Assembly (NCBI GenBank): GCA_050015375.1
Contig: JBEKBN010000001.1
Coordinates: 34,683 to 98,682 of the forward strand
Direction of reading: 5' to 3'
Origin: Minisyncoccia bacterium
GTDB taxonomy: Bacteria; Patescibacteriota; Minisyncoccia; 2-02-FULL-40-12; IGHO2-01-FULL-4-A
DNA length: 64,000 nt
Position 1 is the first letter of the stretch; each line of letters starts with the position of its first letter. The position numbers were made by a program, and so were the translations under genes. The notes beneath the pieces were generated by a model. It saw only the letters and a list, made by a program, of their open reading frames with translations. It ran no database searches and was not told where the DNA came from. Shown here piece by piece: positions 41,966 to 50,855 of the stretch.

Positions 41966-42820
41966 ATGGATACTGATAATTTAGAAAATCAAAATCCGGA
42001 ACCTAACGCGGTTTTTCGGGAAGAGCAAAAACCTGAACCGAAAAAAGATAAACCGGTCTATTTGCAACTGGCATTGCCGGTGGCGATAGTTCTGGCGGCG
42101 GTTTTGATTTCCGGAACTATTTTATACACTCACGAGCAAAGCACTCCCGGTAATAACAATGGCACCGCCGCCATCGGGAACAAAGCCGATCAGATCGTTC
42201 AAGCCAAGATCACCAGCTCCGATCATATTATTGGCAATGCGAACGCTAAAGTGACCATCGTTGAATTTGCCGATTTTCGTTGTCCGTTTTGCGAGAGATT
42301 TTACTCCCAAACCAAGGACCAGATAATCCAGAGCTATGTTAACACCGGCAAGGCCAAATTCGTTTTCAAAAATTATGCCTTCCTCGGCCAAGAGTCCGTC
42401 TGGGCGGCGGAAGCGGCTGAATGCGCCGGAGAGCAGAATAAATATTGGGAAATGTTCAACTGGCTTTTCACCAATCAAGCGCCCGAAACCAATTTAACTT
42501 TCTACTCGAAAGTAAATCTCATCAAAGATGCCGGCAAGGTCAGCGTGGACACGACCCAATTCGCCAGCTGTCTTAACACCGACAAAACGGCCAGTGTTGT
42601 CTCCAGCGATTTGTCAGCAGGTCAATCGGTCGGCGTTTCCGGCACGCCGTCGTTTTTGGTCTTCAGCAACAAAGATGCCAGTTTTGACGTCAGCATCATC
42701 AAGGCCCAAGAGCTCCAGAACGTTAACATCATCAACCTCCCTAACGGCAATTCCTTCATCATCGGCGCCCAGCCATTCTCGGTTTTCCAGACGGCGATAG
42801 AAACGGCACTAAAGAAATAG
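41966..42820 (+). CDS. DsbA-like thiol:disulfide oxidoreductase, membrane-anchored
   Basis: TM anchor, then thioredoxin fold with CPFC active site (FADFRCPFCERFY). Confidence 0.75.
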   Translation: MDTDNLENQNPEPNAVFREEQKPEPKKDKPVYLQLALPVAIVLAAVLISGTILYTHEQSTPGNNNGTAAIGNKADQIVQAKITSSDHIIGNANAKVTIVEFADFRCPFCERFYSQTKDQIIQSYVNTGKAKFVFKNYAFLGQESVWAAEAAECAGEQNKYWEMFNWLFTNQAPETNLTFYSKVNLIKDAGKVSVDTTQFASCLNTDKTASVVSSDLSAGQSVGVSGTPSFLVFSNKDASFDVSIIKAQELQNVNIINLPNGNSFIIGAQPFSVFQTAIETALKK

Positions 42821-42891
42821 GTTTTTACTCTTAAAATAAAAAAGCACGCGTATGCCTAACTAGCATATAGCGTGCTTGTGAATATTATTTA

Positions 42892-44028
42892 TCAACCGGC
42901 GAATGGTTTGCAAACCGCCCGCTTAAGGTCGTGATAATACAGATGAACTCTGGCCCTAAACGGCGCAGTCTTCTTAGGCTCCGCCAGCGGCACATTCTCG
43001 CAAAGCAGGATTCTCATGTCGGCATACTGCCGGTCAAGTTGGGCCGTCTTCTTTTCGGCGAGCATCTTTTGCCGGGCCAGTTGAACCGCTTTTTTGTCTG
43101 CTACTGCTTTTCGGGCTTCTTCGGACAAAATCGGAACTGCACGAGGTTTCGTTATCTCCATCCGCTTCCAGAATTTGATGATATTCCGTATTAACCAACG
43201 GATAGCGACAACGATAGCTCCGACAAAAACCGCCAGCGCCAAGCCGTAAATGGAGATGAGAATAAAGAGTGGTCCCATTTCACGAGGCGCTTCCTTGAAG
43301 TTGTTGGAAAAAAGGTCGCGAAAGCAGTCATTGAAGGGATGGAACAGGGGTTGAAAACGAAGCACTGGCCGCCATCTCTTGGGTGGCAGGAAAAAGTGTT
43401 CGGCGCTCCCGACATCGATGGCGTTAAACCAGAAGCCAGTTGCCAAAAGAACCAATACCGTCAACCAGCGCCAGAAAATCTTCCAGATGATCCACAAAAG
43501 CACAAGGGGCGGTTGAACAGTGTAGGCCGGGAAAATGCGCCGTCTCCGAAATTGGCATTGGTCTTTCGGTTTGGATTCAAACCAGAAATTAACCCACCTC
43601 CATTCCCAGCGCGGAGGCCGCTTGGCGAATAACGCGTCCGGAACCTCAACGGTCAGTTCGGCCTTCCCGAAATACGGCAACATCGGATCAAAAACCTTCA
43701 CTCCGGTCGTCCGGTCGAACAGATCGGTTGGATACCGGTCGTCTCTGCGGCGAATGTACCTTGCCCACGGATCAGCCCCGCCGTCGTTCCAAACAATTGA
43801 AGCATAGATTTTATTTGTTCCCGGTTCGCGGAGTTGGATAAATTCCTCCATCTGCTCGAAGGGCACTAAGAAACGGCGCTCTTCAAACCAAGAAGAGATG
43901 ACCACAAGCAGAACAAACACTCTCTGTGCTTTTTGGCTCTTAAGTAAATCAAGGTCCGCACGGTCAATACACCAGCGCACAACAATGGTGGCATCTTGTA
44001 TCTTGTTGTCGGTCATGAGCTTAAGCAT
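42892..44028 (-). CDS. hypothetical membrane protein (Trp/Arg-rich)
   Basis: 378 aa; several hydrophobic helices (LVLLWIIWKIFWRWLTVLVLLATGFWF, LFILISIYGLALAVFVGAIVVAI). Confidence 0.45.
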   Translation of the reverse strand: MLKLMTDNKIQDATIVVRWCIDRADLDLLKSQKAQRVFVLLVVISSWFEERRFLVPFEQMEEFIQLREPGTNKIYASIVWNDGGADPWARYIRRRDDRYPTDLFDRTTGVKVFDPMLPYFGKAELTVEVPDALFAKRPPRWEWRWVNFWFESKPKDQCQFRRRRIFPAYTVQPPLVLLWIIWKIFWRWLTVLVLLATGFWFNAIDVGSAEHFFLPPKRWRPVLRFQPLFHPFNDCFRDLFSNNFKEAPREMGPLFILISIYGLALAVFVGAIVVAIRWLIRNIIKFWKRMEITKPRAVPILSEEARKAVADKKAVQLARQKMLAEKKTAQLDRQYADMRILLCENVPLAEPKKTAPFRARVHLYYHDLKRAVCKPFAG

Positions 44029-44184
44029 AGATCTCCTTTCTGCGGTTTTGCCCGCTTTTCTAAAGTTTTAAGGTACTAAACCAAGTATTTCTATTCTATA
44101 TCAAACGGGACATATTGTCAAGAATGGCAATACTTGCTGAGTAAAACCAAAACGAGGCGGCGCCTCGTTAGGATATAATATTTG

Positions 44185-44257
44185 TCCGCCCGGAAGGACT
44201 TGAACCTTCAACATTCTCCTTAAGAGGGAGCTACTCTGCCAATTGAGTTACGGGCGG
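44185..44257 (-). tRNA. tRNA-Lys (anticodon CTT)
   Basis: Manual fold: acceptor CCGCCCG/CGGGCGG, U8, D-stem ACTC/GAGT, anticodon loop CTCTTAA, variable ATGTT, T-arm GAAGG-TTCAAGT-CCTTC, discriminator A. No encoded CCA. Confidence 0.75.
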
Positions 44258-44293
44258 ATTGTGCTTTTCATCTTATCAAAAATTTCTAAAAAA

Positions 44294-45400
44294 TCAAAGT
44301 CCGCTGGATTTCTGTTTTTTGATTTCAACAACGATGCCCGCGGAAGTGGTCTGGAGATAATTGCGGAAGGGAACGTAGAGTGAATCCAGAATTTGTTGTT
44401 TCCCCGGATCGGTCATGAGCTGGGGTTTGTAATTGATTGATTGGATAGGCAAAGCAGAAAATGTCAGGCCATTGGGAGTGAAATCGCCGGCGATGAGAAG
44501 CCCTTCCCGGGTTTCTTTTGAAAATGTCTGGTCAAAAAGAAAATTGCCAAGAGAATAAATTATCGGCGCGCCGTGATAAAGTTCGGCATCTTCAATGACA
44601 TGAGGATGACTGCCGATGACAATGTCGGCGCCAGCGTCAATCCAAACATGAGCGGCTTGGGCTTGGGCTGTCGTGTGGCCGGCTTTATATTCAACGCCCC
44701 AGTGAGGCATAACCAGAACCCGCATGGATGGGTCTTGTTTTGCTTTCTCGATTATCGGGACGAGCGCTTCGGCAATTTGGCCGGGTGCTAGCATATTCAC
44801 GCCGATAACTGTTAGCGATAATCCTAAGCCATGAAAAACGGCAATGCGGGAAATATCATTGCCGGCAGGTCCGCCAAATGTTTGGATGCCGGCAGAAGCT
44901 AAAACGGAACGGGTCGTGGCGATGCCTTCAGCTCCGGCGTTGTCGCTGTGATTATTAGCTTGGCTTACGCCATTGATGTGTAAATATGAAAGTGTGTTTG
45001 CAACGGCCGGCGGAAATCGAAATATCATAGTCGTCCGCGCGGAAACATTGTCCGGAATTGGTTTGTCGGTAATCGCTCCTTCCAGGTTAATGATCGCCGC
45101 GTCGTAACCCGAAAAGACCTGACTACCTAGATTCGAAAAAGCGTCATTGAAATCATTCCCGAAAGTGTGGTTTATCATCCGAGCGAACATGACATCGCCG
45201 CCGATAATGAAGCTGACGCTTGGTTCAGGGGTTGCCGTGGGAAGGGGAATAGCCGGACGGTGATCGGAAAGATCTATGGCGATGGTCGAAGTGTTTTGAT
45301 AATGATGGTTTATGAAATAAATGGCAAAAACAAAACAACATCCCAATAAAATCCCGACCAAACCACAAGCCACCATCTTTCGCGTGATGAGAAGCTTCAT
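44294..45400 (-). CDS. CapA/PGA_cap-family metallophosphatase (poly-gamma-glutamate synthesis-like)
   Basis: Signal/TM N-terminus. GGDVMFAR...DAAIINLEGAIT...VMPHWGVEY...HPHVIE motifs of CapA calcineurin-like phosphoesterases. Confidence 0.65.
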   Translation of the reverse strand: MKLLITRKMVACGLVGILLGCCFVFAIYFINHHYQNTSTIAIDLSDHRPAIPLPTATPEPSVSFIIGGDVMFARMINHTFGNDFNDAFSNLGSQVFSGYDAAIINLEGAITDKPIPDNVSARTTMIFRFPPAVANTLSYLHINGVSQANNHSDNAGAEGIATTRSVLASAGIQTFGGPAGNDISRIAVFHGLGLSLTVIGVNMLAPGQIAEALVPIIEKAKQDPSMRVLVMPHWGVEYKAGHTTAQAQAAHVWIDAGADIVIGSHPHVIEDAELYHGAPIIYSLGNFLFDQTFSKETREGLLIAGDFTPNGLTFSALPIQSINYKPQLMTDPGKQQILDSLYVPFRNYLQTTSAGIVVEIKKQKSSGL

Positions 45401-45405
45401 CTTTG

Positions 45406-45477
45406 CGCCCCCGCGAGGATTTGAACCCCGATCACTGGTTCCGAAGACCAGTACTCTATCCGTTGAGCTACAGGGGC
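45406..45477 (-). tRNA. tRNA-Arg (anticodon TCG)
   Basis: Acceptor GCCCCTG/CGGGGGC, D-arm GCTC-AACGGATA-GAGT, anticodon loop CTTCGGA, T-arm CGGGG-TTCAAAT-CCTCG, discriminator G. Confidence 0.7.
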
Positions 45478-45774
45478 CTCACACCTACTCACCTTCTGCA
45501 ACACAATTCTTTATTCTTCGTTTGAGTTGCAAATAGGCGTTACCTCTCAATTTTATACTAAACTCCCTGTGTTTGGCATCATCCTTTGAAAGATACGCTT
45601 CGTAATAAACCAAGACGAACGGTCTTCTTGTTCTTGTCGCTTCAACTAGCCCAGAATTGTGTTGCGTCAACCTTTTCCTTAGGTCGCTTGTATAACCAAA
45701 ATATAGCTCATCATCCCGTTTGCTCCTTAGAACGTATAAATAGTACATAGAAAAAGGTGAGTAGGTGTGAGGCC
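45475..45774. mobile_element. GIY-YIG gene cassette bounded by perfect 19-bp inverted repeats, abutting tRNA-Arg
   Basis: GGCCTCACACCTACTCACC at 45475-45493; its exact reverse complement at 45756-45774. The left repeat overlaps the first 3 nt of tRNA-Arg. The palindrome GAGGCCGGGGGCCTC follows the right repeat. Confidence 0.5.
45485..45748 (-). CDS. small GIY-YIG nuclease-domain protein
   Basis: MYYLYVLRSKRDDELYFGYTSDLRKRLTQHN...EATRTRRPFVLVYYE GIY-YIG motifs (YYLYVL, YFGYT, R, E, N). Confidence 0.75.
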   Translation of the reverse strand: MYYLYVLRSKRDDELYFGYTSDLRKRLTQHNSGLVEATRTRRPFVLVYYEAYLSKDDAKHREFSIKLRGNAYLQLKRRIKNCVAEGE

Positions 45775-45815
45775 GGGGGCCTCCAAACTTGACTGTTTTC
45801 CTTTTTCATTTTAAC

Positions 45816-45843
45816 AAAAAACTTGCCTCGCGACAAGTTTTTT
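45816..45843 (-). terminator. terminator after the 3D-domain gene
   Basis: AAAAAACTTG-CCTCGCGA-CAAGTTTTTT 10-bp stem, U-tracts on both strands. A second hairpin CACCCCCACACTC-TTGCAT-GAGTGTGGGGGT lies at 45853-45883. Confidence 0.6.
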
Positions 45844-45884
45844 GTGCCTCACCCCCACACTCTTGCATGAGTGTGGGGGTAAAC

Positions 45885-46469
45885 TTACGAACCGACAATT
45901 TGGATCTCAAGAGTGTGGCTGCCGAATTCAAGAGCGCTTTCGCGATCAGGGAACCAAATATCGATTTTTTGATTGTACCTTTTGTTCATTCTGTCCTCGA
46001 CAGTGAAAACCTTATCGCCGAAGTATTCGGGGATTTTGATTTTCGTTCCGAAGGGAAGGAAGTTAGCCGCGACCATACCGTCATAGACGTGAGCGCCGTC
46101 AGCGGCGATGAAAGGCGAAGCATCGGTCTGGTCGGGAGTCGAAGAATATCCCGTAACCGGAACTGTTAGCTCCTCCAAGATCGAATAAGAAGTTTTTTTC
46201 GTAGCGACAGGTTTAGCGTTTTTCACCGGGCTGTTCGTGGCCAAGAGGAAATTATCGCTGACAATGACCGAACCGGTTTGGGTGTCGGTCTGGGATTGAG
46301 CGACAACCGAATTGTTGGCGCCGATAAAAGCGACGCTGGAATCAGACTGGTTGCCGTTGCTGCCAAGTAAATTCATGGCATTGGCGCTTGAAGCTGCTAA
46401 TGAAAGCAAGGTGAAGGCCAAAAGACCGGCCGAGATCGCTTTATTGAATTTAATGTTGATTTTCATCAT
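45885..46469 (-). CDS. 3D-domain (MltA/YuiC-like) secreted cell-wall-binding protein
   Basis: Signal peptide MMKINIKFNKAISAGLLAFTLLSLAASSANA. C-terminal VTGYSS...GMVAANFLPFGTKIKIPEYFGDKVFTVEDRMNKRYNQKIDIW matches the 3D domain. Confidence 0.6.
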   Translation of the reverse strand: MMKINIKFNKAISAGLLAFTLLSLAASSANAMNLLGSNGNQSDSSVAFIGANNSVVAQSQTDTQTGSVIVSDNFLLATNSPVKNAKPVATKKTSYSILEELTVPVTGYSSTPDQTDASPFIAADGAHVYDGMVAANFLPFGTKIKIPEYFGDKVFTVEDRMNKRYNQKIDIWFPDRESALEFGSHTLEIQIVGS

Positions 46470-46481
46470 GTTTGTATTTAT

Positions 46482-46546
46482 CCCGTTAGAGGTAATCAAC
46501 CCTCGGGTTGATGCCGATTCGGATGTCCGAATCGGACCTCTAATGG
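46482..46546. repeat. CCCGTTAGA...TCTAACGGG-family palindromic element (copy e)
   Basis: CCCGTTAGAGGTAATCAACCCTCGGGTTGATGCCGATTCGGATGTCCGAATCGGACCTCTAATGGG; two internal hairpins. 12 nt upstream of the 3D-domain gene start. Confidence 0.6.
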
Positions 46547-46663
46547 GAATAAAAAACGGCCTATTAAGCCACTTTTTATGATAAAAGCCCTATTTGGGCT
46601 TCATGCTTCTAATACTATCACAGACCGTAATATTTGTCAACCCATGTTCGGGATTCTGTCAAC

Positions 46664-46740
46664 CCCGTTAGAAACAGCCCGCCCCAGGGCCTTTTGGGCG
46701 CGCTCACGTGCGGGCGTGGTTTCTAACGGGATCAAGTAAG
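46664..46740. repeat. CCCGTTAGA...TCTAACGGG-family palindromic element (copy f)
   Basis: CCCCGTTAGAAACAGCCCGCCCCAGGGCCTTTTGGGCGCGCTCACGTGCGGGCGTGGTTTCTAACGGG. Its CACGCCCGC...GCGCG...GGGCGGG core resembles copies a/b. Confidence 0.6.
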
Positions 46741-46750
46741 GGATTGCACG

Positions 46751-46780
46751 AAAAAACCGCCTCCAAAAAGGCGGTTTTTT
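46751..46780. terminator. bidirectional rho-independent terminator
   Basis: AAAAAACCGCC-TCCAAAAA-GGCGGTTTTTT. Confidence 0.65.
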
Positions 46781-46798
46781 CGCACAGACATAATTAAT

Positions 46799-47434
46799 TT
46801 AAAGCCGGATTCCAGTTCCGCCAATATTAATTCCCATTCCGCTTGTCGGCGGAGCTATTTCTTGAAAGGGCACCCCAAGAAAACCCGCGATTTGGTTAGC
46901 AATGGAGATGCTTTTGTCTTGACGAGTATTGATAAGCGGCGAGCCAAATGAAGCGATCGAGCCAATGCTTGCGCTCATATCTGGACGCATTCTACCCAAA
47001 GGCAACGCTGAACTATTTTTGAAAACTAGCACCGTTTGAATCATAAGCCGCGGCATTCTCGCATGAGTGGCCGACCGGCCGACTCCCGCACTTTCCCTCA
47101 CTAACTCCCACTCTTTTCTGCTTTCTACGTGAACTACATCGCCGATCTCATAAGTGAAGGTTTTGCCTCCAAAGATTCGCTTTTTTTGGTAAATAATTTT
47201 GTTGCCGGATTTGTTGAAGTCGACAACAATATAGCTGATCAAAAGCAATGTCAGTATCTCAACGATAGGGAATATGCACAAAATCAGGGCGCCTTGAGTG
47301 CCGGAGTGGCTGGAAAGAAAAACGAAAAACACAATGACCGAAGTCAAAACAATAACAACGATCATCGGCATATAACTGGAGAGTCCGCCGTCTTTGAGAA
47401 TTAATTCATCTGCGGTCTGGCTGATGATTTTCAT
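46799..47434 (-). CDS. hypothetical membrane protein
   Basis: 211 aa; two N-terminal TM helices, then a soluble domain. Confidence 0.4.
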   Translation of the reverse strand: MKIISQTADELILKDGGLSSYMPMIVVIVLTSVIVFFVFLSSHSGTQGALILCIFPIVEILTLLLISYIVVDFNKSGNKIIYQKKRIFGGKTFTYEIGDVVHVESRKEWELVRESAGVGRSATHARMPRLMIQTVLVFKNSSALPLGRMRPDMSASIGSIASFGSPLINTRQDKSISIANQIAGFLGVPFQEIAPPTSGMGINIGGTGIRL

Positions 47435-47449
47435 GGATATCGATAATTA

Positions 47450-48508
47450 TCAATTGGCATTCATCTCTACTGTCTGGGTGAAAATAACCTTGTTGAGGTA
47501 GCTGATCTGGATCGTTTTTTGGCCGGCCGTGTCGCTAATTTTAAAGAAACTGTTATGTTTATAGGGCGTGAACTCAAATGTTGTCGTTTGTCCAGGCGCG
47601 ATGGGTTCAACCAAACCTATTTGTTCGGGGACTTCTTTCGTAAACCCCAGTAAAACGGCTGTCAGTGTTGTATTTGAATCCGAGATCTTTGTACCTGTAT
47701 TTTTTACAGTAACGGTTATCTGCACATCTGGGCTGTTAACTATGGGGTGGGCCGGGTAGACGGTTGCGCTCGTTATGCTTAAATTAACAGAACCGTTTGG
47801 ATTGCTTGTGCTTTGTGGTGGATTGGTTTTGTTTTCCTCGTATGCGAGAGTCGCATCCATGTCAAGTTTCCAACTGCCTCCCTCGCTAATAAAAACCCAA
47901 TCAGCGGTAGTCGGAGCTCCGTTTGTTGCTGTGGTTGTTATGTTGGCAACAATGTTAGCGCCCGATTGAAACACGTTATTCACAGTGATTGACGTACCAG
48001 ACGGAACCAGTTGGCCACCAGAAGTGGAGATTTCATTAGCAGTTTTGGCAGAAACGTATTTAAGAAGAAGGTTGCCATTCCCACTTGAGATGTCCTGGCG
48101 CATGTCTGCGAGTATTGCTTTTACGGCATCTATATTGGTATTTGAGGCATTCGTGGTGGTTGAGGTGCTGGGAGTTGAAGTAACCGTCGGTGTTAAACTT
48201 GATGACGGAGAAACCGATGGTGAATTCGTGATATTTGTAACGGCGGCAATGGGTGATTTGTTGCCAGTTGATTTCCAGTAGAAATAGCCGGCGGCGGCAA
48301 TGATAATAACCAAGACCACGATTATTGAGATGACCAATCCCTTTTTTGATTTCTTTGGAGTATTAACGGTTGAGACATTACTAGACAAAGCTTCCGATAT
48401 TTCACTTTCCGGCCAGCCGGAATTCAAAAGCGCTTGCCTGATCTGTCCATCATTTATTCCCGACCGGCGGCTTTGCGCCACGTAGTCCAAAATTTGTTGA
48501 TTGGCCAT
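47450..48508 (-). CDS. membrane-anchored extracellular Ser/Thr/Asn-rich protein, hypothetical
   Basis: TM LVISIIVVLVIIIAAAGYFYW, then low-complexity PSVSPSSSLTPTVTSTPSTSTTTNASN and beta-rich domains. Confidence 0.45.
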   Translation of the reverse strand: MANQQILDYVAQSRRSGINDGQIRQALLNSGWPESEISEALSSNVSTVNTPKKSKKGLVISIIVVLVIIIAAAGYFYWKSTGNKSPIAAVTNITNSPSVSPSSSLTPTVTSTPSTSTTTNASNTNIDAVKAILADMRQDISSGNGNLLLKYVSAKTANEISTSGGQLVPSGTSITVNNVFQSGANIVANITTTATNGAPTTADWVFISEGGSWKLDMDATLAYEENKTNPPQSTSNPNGSVNLSITSATVYPAHPIVNSPDVQITVTVKNTGTKISDSNTTLTAVLLGFTKEVPEQIGLVEPIAPGQTTTFEFTPYKHNSFFKISDTAGQKTIQISYLNKVIFTQTVEMNAN

Positions 48509-48628
48509 ATCACAATTCTACCACCCTTTGAGGGGGGGGGCAACAATTGAGTTACGAACATCGAAACTTTGAGCGGGTAACGGGAGTCAAACCCGTATCT
48601 GATTCTTGGCAAGAACCCATAATAATCG

Positions 48629-49309
48629 TTATACGATACCCGCGTTTTTTTCAAATGAAACTTCTTGATATAATTCTATCCAACGCAATATTTTTTGCAA
48701 TAATTTCTTATTATGGACAATAACATTACATACTCCGTTTGATAGTCTTTTTGTCGGATGCCTGCCAACAATAGTAACCGACTTTTTGAATTGTTGCAAC
48801 GGTATAGCAACCAACTTAGACCAAAATCTTTTTTGTATTTCATCGTTTAAATCCGGGTATAAGAGAAGCCGTAAAAATATTTCTTCTCTTGGGATGCTGA
48901 CTGCTTCATGTAGAAATCTGTAAAATATCCTGATCATTCCCGGGTCAGAATTACTGAGACCAACGCTACCATGTTTCAAAATTCTAGCTCCTTCGCCCCA
49001 ATAAAGCATTACGCCGGAGATAAAAAGCGGATCAAATTTCTTGATCTTAAATTCAAGTTCTGCTTCTTTTCTGTATTCCTCATGAATTAAAGCCCATTTC
49101 TTTTTTGTAGCCGCAACCATTAACCTGAGTTTCTTTGGCGAAGAAAAGGAAGCTTCACTCGCGAGTTTGTTTTTTATCTCTTGCGACCAAGATAAATCTT
49201 TAAACCAACCACAAAGCGTGGCAGTAGGAATTCCTAGTTTTCGGGAGATTTCCTTATAGCTTTTATTTTTTCTTCTCAATTCAAGAGCTTTTTCCTTGTC
49301 GTTTCTCAT
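48629..49309 (-). CDS. HTH + LAGLIDADG-like (degenerate, single-motif) homing-endonuclease-like protein
   Basis: N-terminal HTH ...YKEISRKLGIPTATLCGWFKD; LYWGEGAR segment in LAGLIDADG position; paralogue of the 49659 gene. AT-rich; flanks tRNA genes. Confidence 0.4.
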   Translation of the reverse strand: MRNDKEKALELRRKNKSYKEISRKLGIPTATLCGWFKDLSWSQEIKNKLASEASFSSPKKLRLMVAATKKKWALIHEEYRKEAELEFKIKKFDPLFISGVMLYWGEGARILKHGSVGLSNSDPGMIRIFYRFLHEAVSIPREEIFLRLLLYPDLNDEIQKRFWSKLVAIPLQQFKKSVTIVGRHPTKRLSNGVCNVIVHNKKLLQKILRWIELYQEVSFEKNAGIV

Positions 49310-49507
49310 GTTTGTGGATAAGTTATCAAACTGCCTGTTGATAGTATAGATTTATTATACAACGGGGTTCAAAAAATGAAAGTCCGTTTTGTGGATAAGC
49401 CAAAGAGAAAGTGCATAAACGAAAAACCGTCAATTTAATGACGGTTTTTCCGATGTGCCGTGGGTCAAAATTAAAACAGGCAAAAGCTTGTTTTAATTCT
49501 TGATTTG

Positions 49508-49578
49508 TGCCGCGGAGGTGAATCGGACACCTTTCTAATGCTCTTCAGGCATCTGCTTTACCATTAAGCTACCGCGGC
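49508..49578 (-). tRNA. tRNA-Phe (anticodon GAA), unusual T-loop TCCGATT
   Basis: Acceptor GCCGCGG/CCGCGGC, D-arm GCTT-AATGGTA-AAGC, anticodon loop CTGAAGA, T-arm AGGTG-TCCGATT-CACCT (C at position 55), discriminator A. Confidence 0.55.
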
Positions 49579-49596
49579 AATAATTTTGTCGAACTG

Positions 49597-49668
49597 TGGG
49601 CCCAGTAGGAATCGAACCTACTACCTCTTCAATGTCAATGAAGCGTTCTGCCAGTGAACTATGAGCCC
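49597..49668 (-). tRNA. tRNA-Val (anticodon GAC)
   Basis: Acceptor GGGCTCA/TGGGCCC, D-arm GTTC-ACTGGCA-GAAC, anticodon loop TTGACAT, T-arm GTAGG-TTCGATT-CCTAC, discriminator A. Confidence 0.75.
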
Positions 49669-50360
49669 ATACCTATCACTTTGTCATGGTACATTTCACC
49701 AAGATACAATAATTTTCTTTGAATCGCAACATGGCCACATGTGATGACACAGACACCTTTATAGTCAGGATAAGTTTTCCGGCCGGCCGTTCTTTGATCC
49801 ATTGCGACGCCCGTGAAATTTGCAAGCGGAATCTTGAGGTTTTTTGACCAATATCTTTTCATTTTTTCAGGATTTTGATCGGCTCGAAGGTGGAGGGAGC
49901 ATTTAAAATCACAAATGGGGACACCATACATTTTCTTTAATGCGGTTATAAAGAATTTTAGTATTTTTAAATCGGAATTTCCCATACCGGTTCCCACGCC
50001 TTTTTTCATTCCTTCGCCGAGGTATAGAAAAGATAACGCTAATTCAAGTATATTTAAATTAGAAACGTCTATTTCTTTTAAAGAATCCTCCGCCTCTTTC
50101 TTGGCTTTTTCTAATCTGGCTTTTTTCTGGGCGTTATGCCAAAGAACCGCTTGCATCCTTGCTGTATCAAGTCCTTTTTGCGAATTTGCCGCTAATATTT
50201 CCTTCTGTTTCTTAGTTAGATTTATCTTTCTAAACCAGCCACTCAGAGTCGAACGAGGGATACCAAACTCGTGTTCAACTTTTGTCATAGATATACCTTG
50301 CCGTCGCATCGCTAAAGCGGATTCTTTCGACTTGTACCACCTTGATATCATAATATACAT
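49659..50360 (-). CDS. HTH + LAGLIDADG-like homing-endonuclease-like protein (paralogue of 48629 gene)
   Basis: HTH ...VEHEFGIPRSTLSGWFRK; ILELALSFLYLGEGMKKG LAGLIDADG-like block; RYWSKNLKIPLANF ~ RFWSKLVAIPLQQF in the paralogue. 3' end overlaps the first 7-10 nt of tRNA-Val. Confidence 0.4.
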   Translation of the reverse strand: MYIMISRWYKSKESALAMRRQGISMTKVEHEFGIPRSTLSGWFRKINLTKKQKEILAANSQKGLDTARMQAVLWHNAQKKARLEKAKKEAEDSLKEIDVSNLNILELALSFLYLGEGMKKGVGTGMGNSDLKILKFFITALKKMYGVPICDFKCSLHLRADQNPEKMKRYWSKNLKIPLANFTGVAMDQRTAGRKTYPDYKGVCVITCGHVAIQRKLLYLGEMYHDKVIGMGS

Positions 50361-50476
50361 TATAACATCGGTAATACGGATGAACAATCTAGTTATCAAC
50401 AAAAAACAGCAAACCGCTGTTGTGTAGAAAACAAAACTAATAACTAGTTTCGAGCTAATAATAATTTTGTGCCTAT

Positions 50477-50728
50477 TTATTCGGCAACTAAGACCGATCC
50501 TTCTTTGGCTTTTTGGGGGAGTTCAACTGCAACCTCTTCGCCTTTTTTGCCGCCTTTCACATTTTCATGGTTGACCTGGATTGAATTGATCGTGGCATCA
50601 AATTCATCTTCCCCGTGACGGACTTTCACGGCGTCACCAATTTTAAGAGGCGCCGACAATCTCACAACCGCCACTTTTATCTTATCGTACCAATGGATCA
50701 CTATGCCGATTTCTTTTTCTTTGGCCAT
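50477..50728 (-). CDS. small hypothetical protein
   Basis: 83 aa from internal ATG (MAKEKEIGIVIHWYDKIKVAVVRLSAPLKIGDAVKV...). The longer track ORF would run through tRNA-Leu. Confidence 0.35.
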   Translation of the reverse strand: MAKEKEIGIVIHWYDKIKVAVVRLSAPLKIGDAVKVRHGEDEFDATINSIQVNHENVKGGKKGEEVAVELPQKAKEGSVLVAE

Positions 50729-50764
50729 GATTATACGTTGAACAATTTTTTGATAAATCGACCT

Positions 50765-50849
50765 GTGCGCGGGAGAGGATTCGAACCTCCATGGACTTAC
50801 GTCCGCCACCACCTCAAGATGGTGCGTCTAACCAGTTTCGCCACCCGCG
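50765..50849 (-). tRNA. tRNA-Leu (anticodon GAG), long variable arm
   Basis: Acceptor GCGCGGG/CCCGCGC, long D-loop, anticodon arm CCATC-TTGAGGT-GGTGG, variable arm CGGACGTAAGTCCATG, T-arm GAGG-TTCGAAT-CCTC, discriminator A. Confidence 0.7.
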
Positions 50850-50855
50850 CATTAA

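Noticed and set aside
45321-45536. 71-aa ORF (…PPRGFEPRSLVPKTSTLSVELQGP…)
   Set aside because: It is the reverse-strand read-through of tRNA-Arg and the left inverted repeat.
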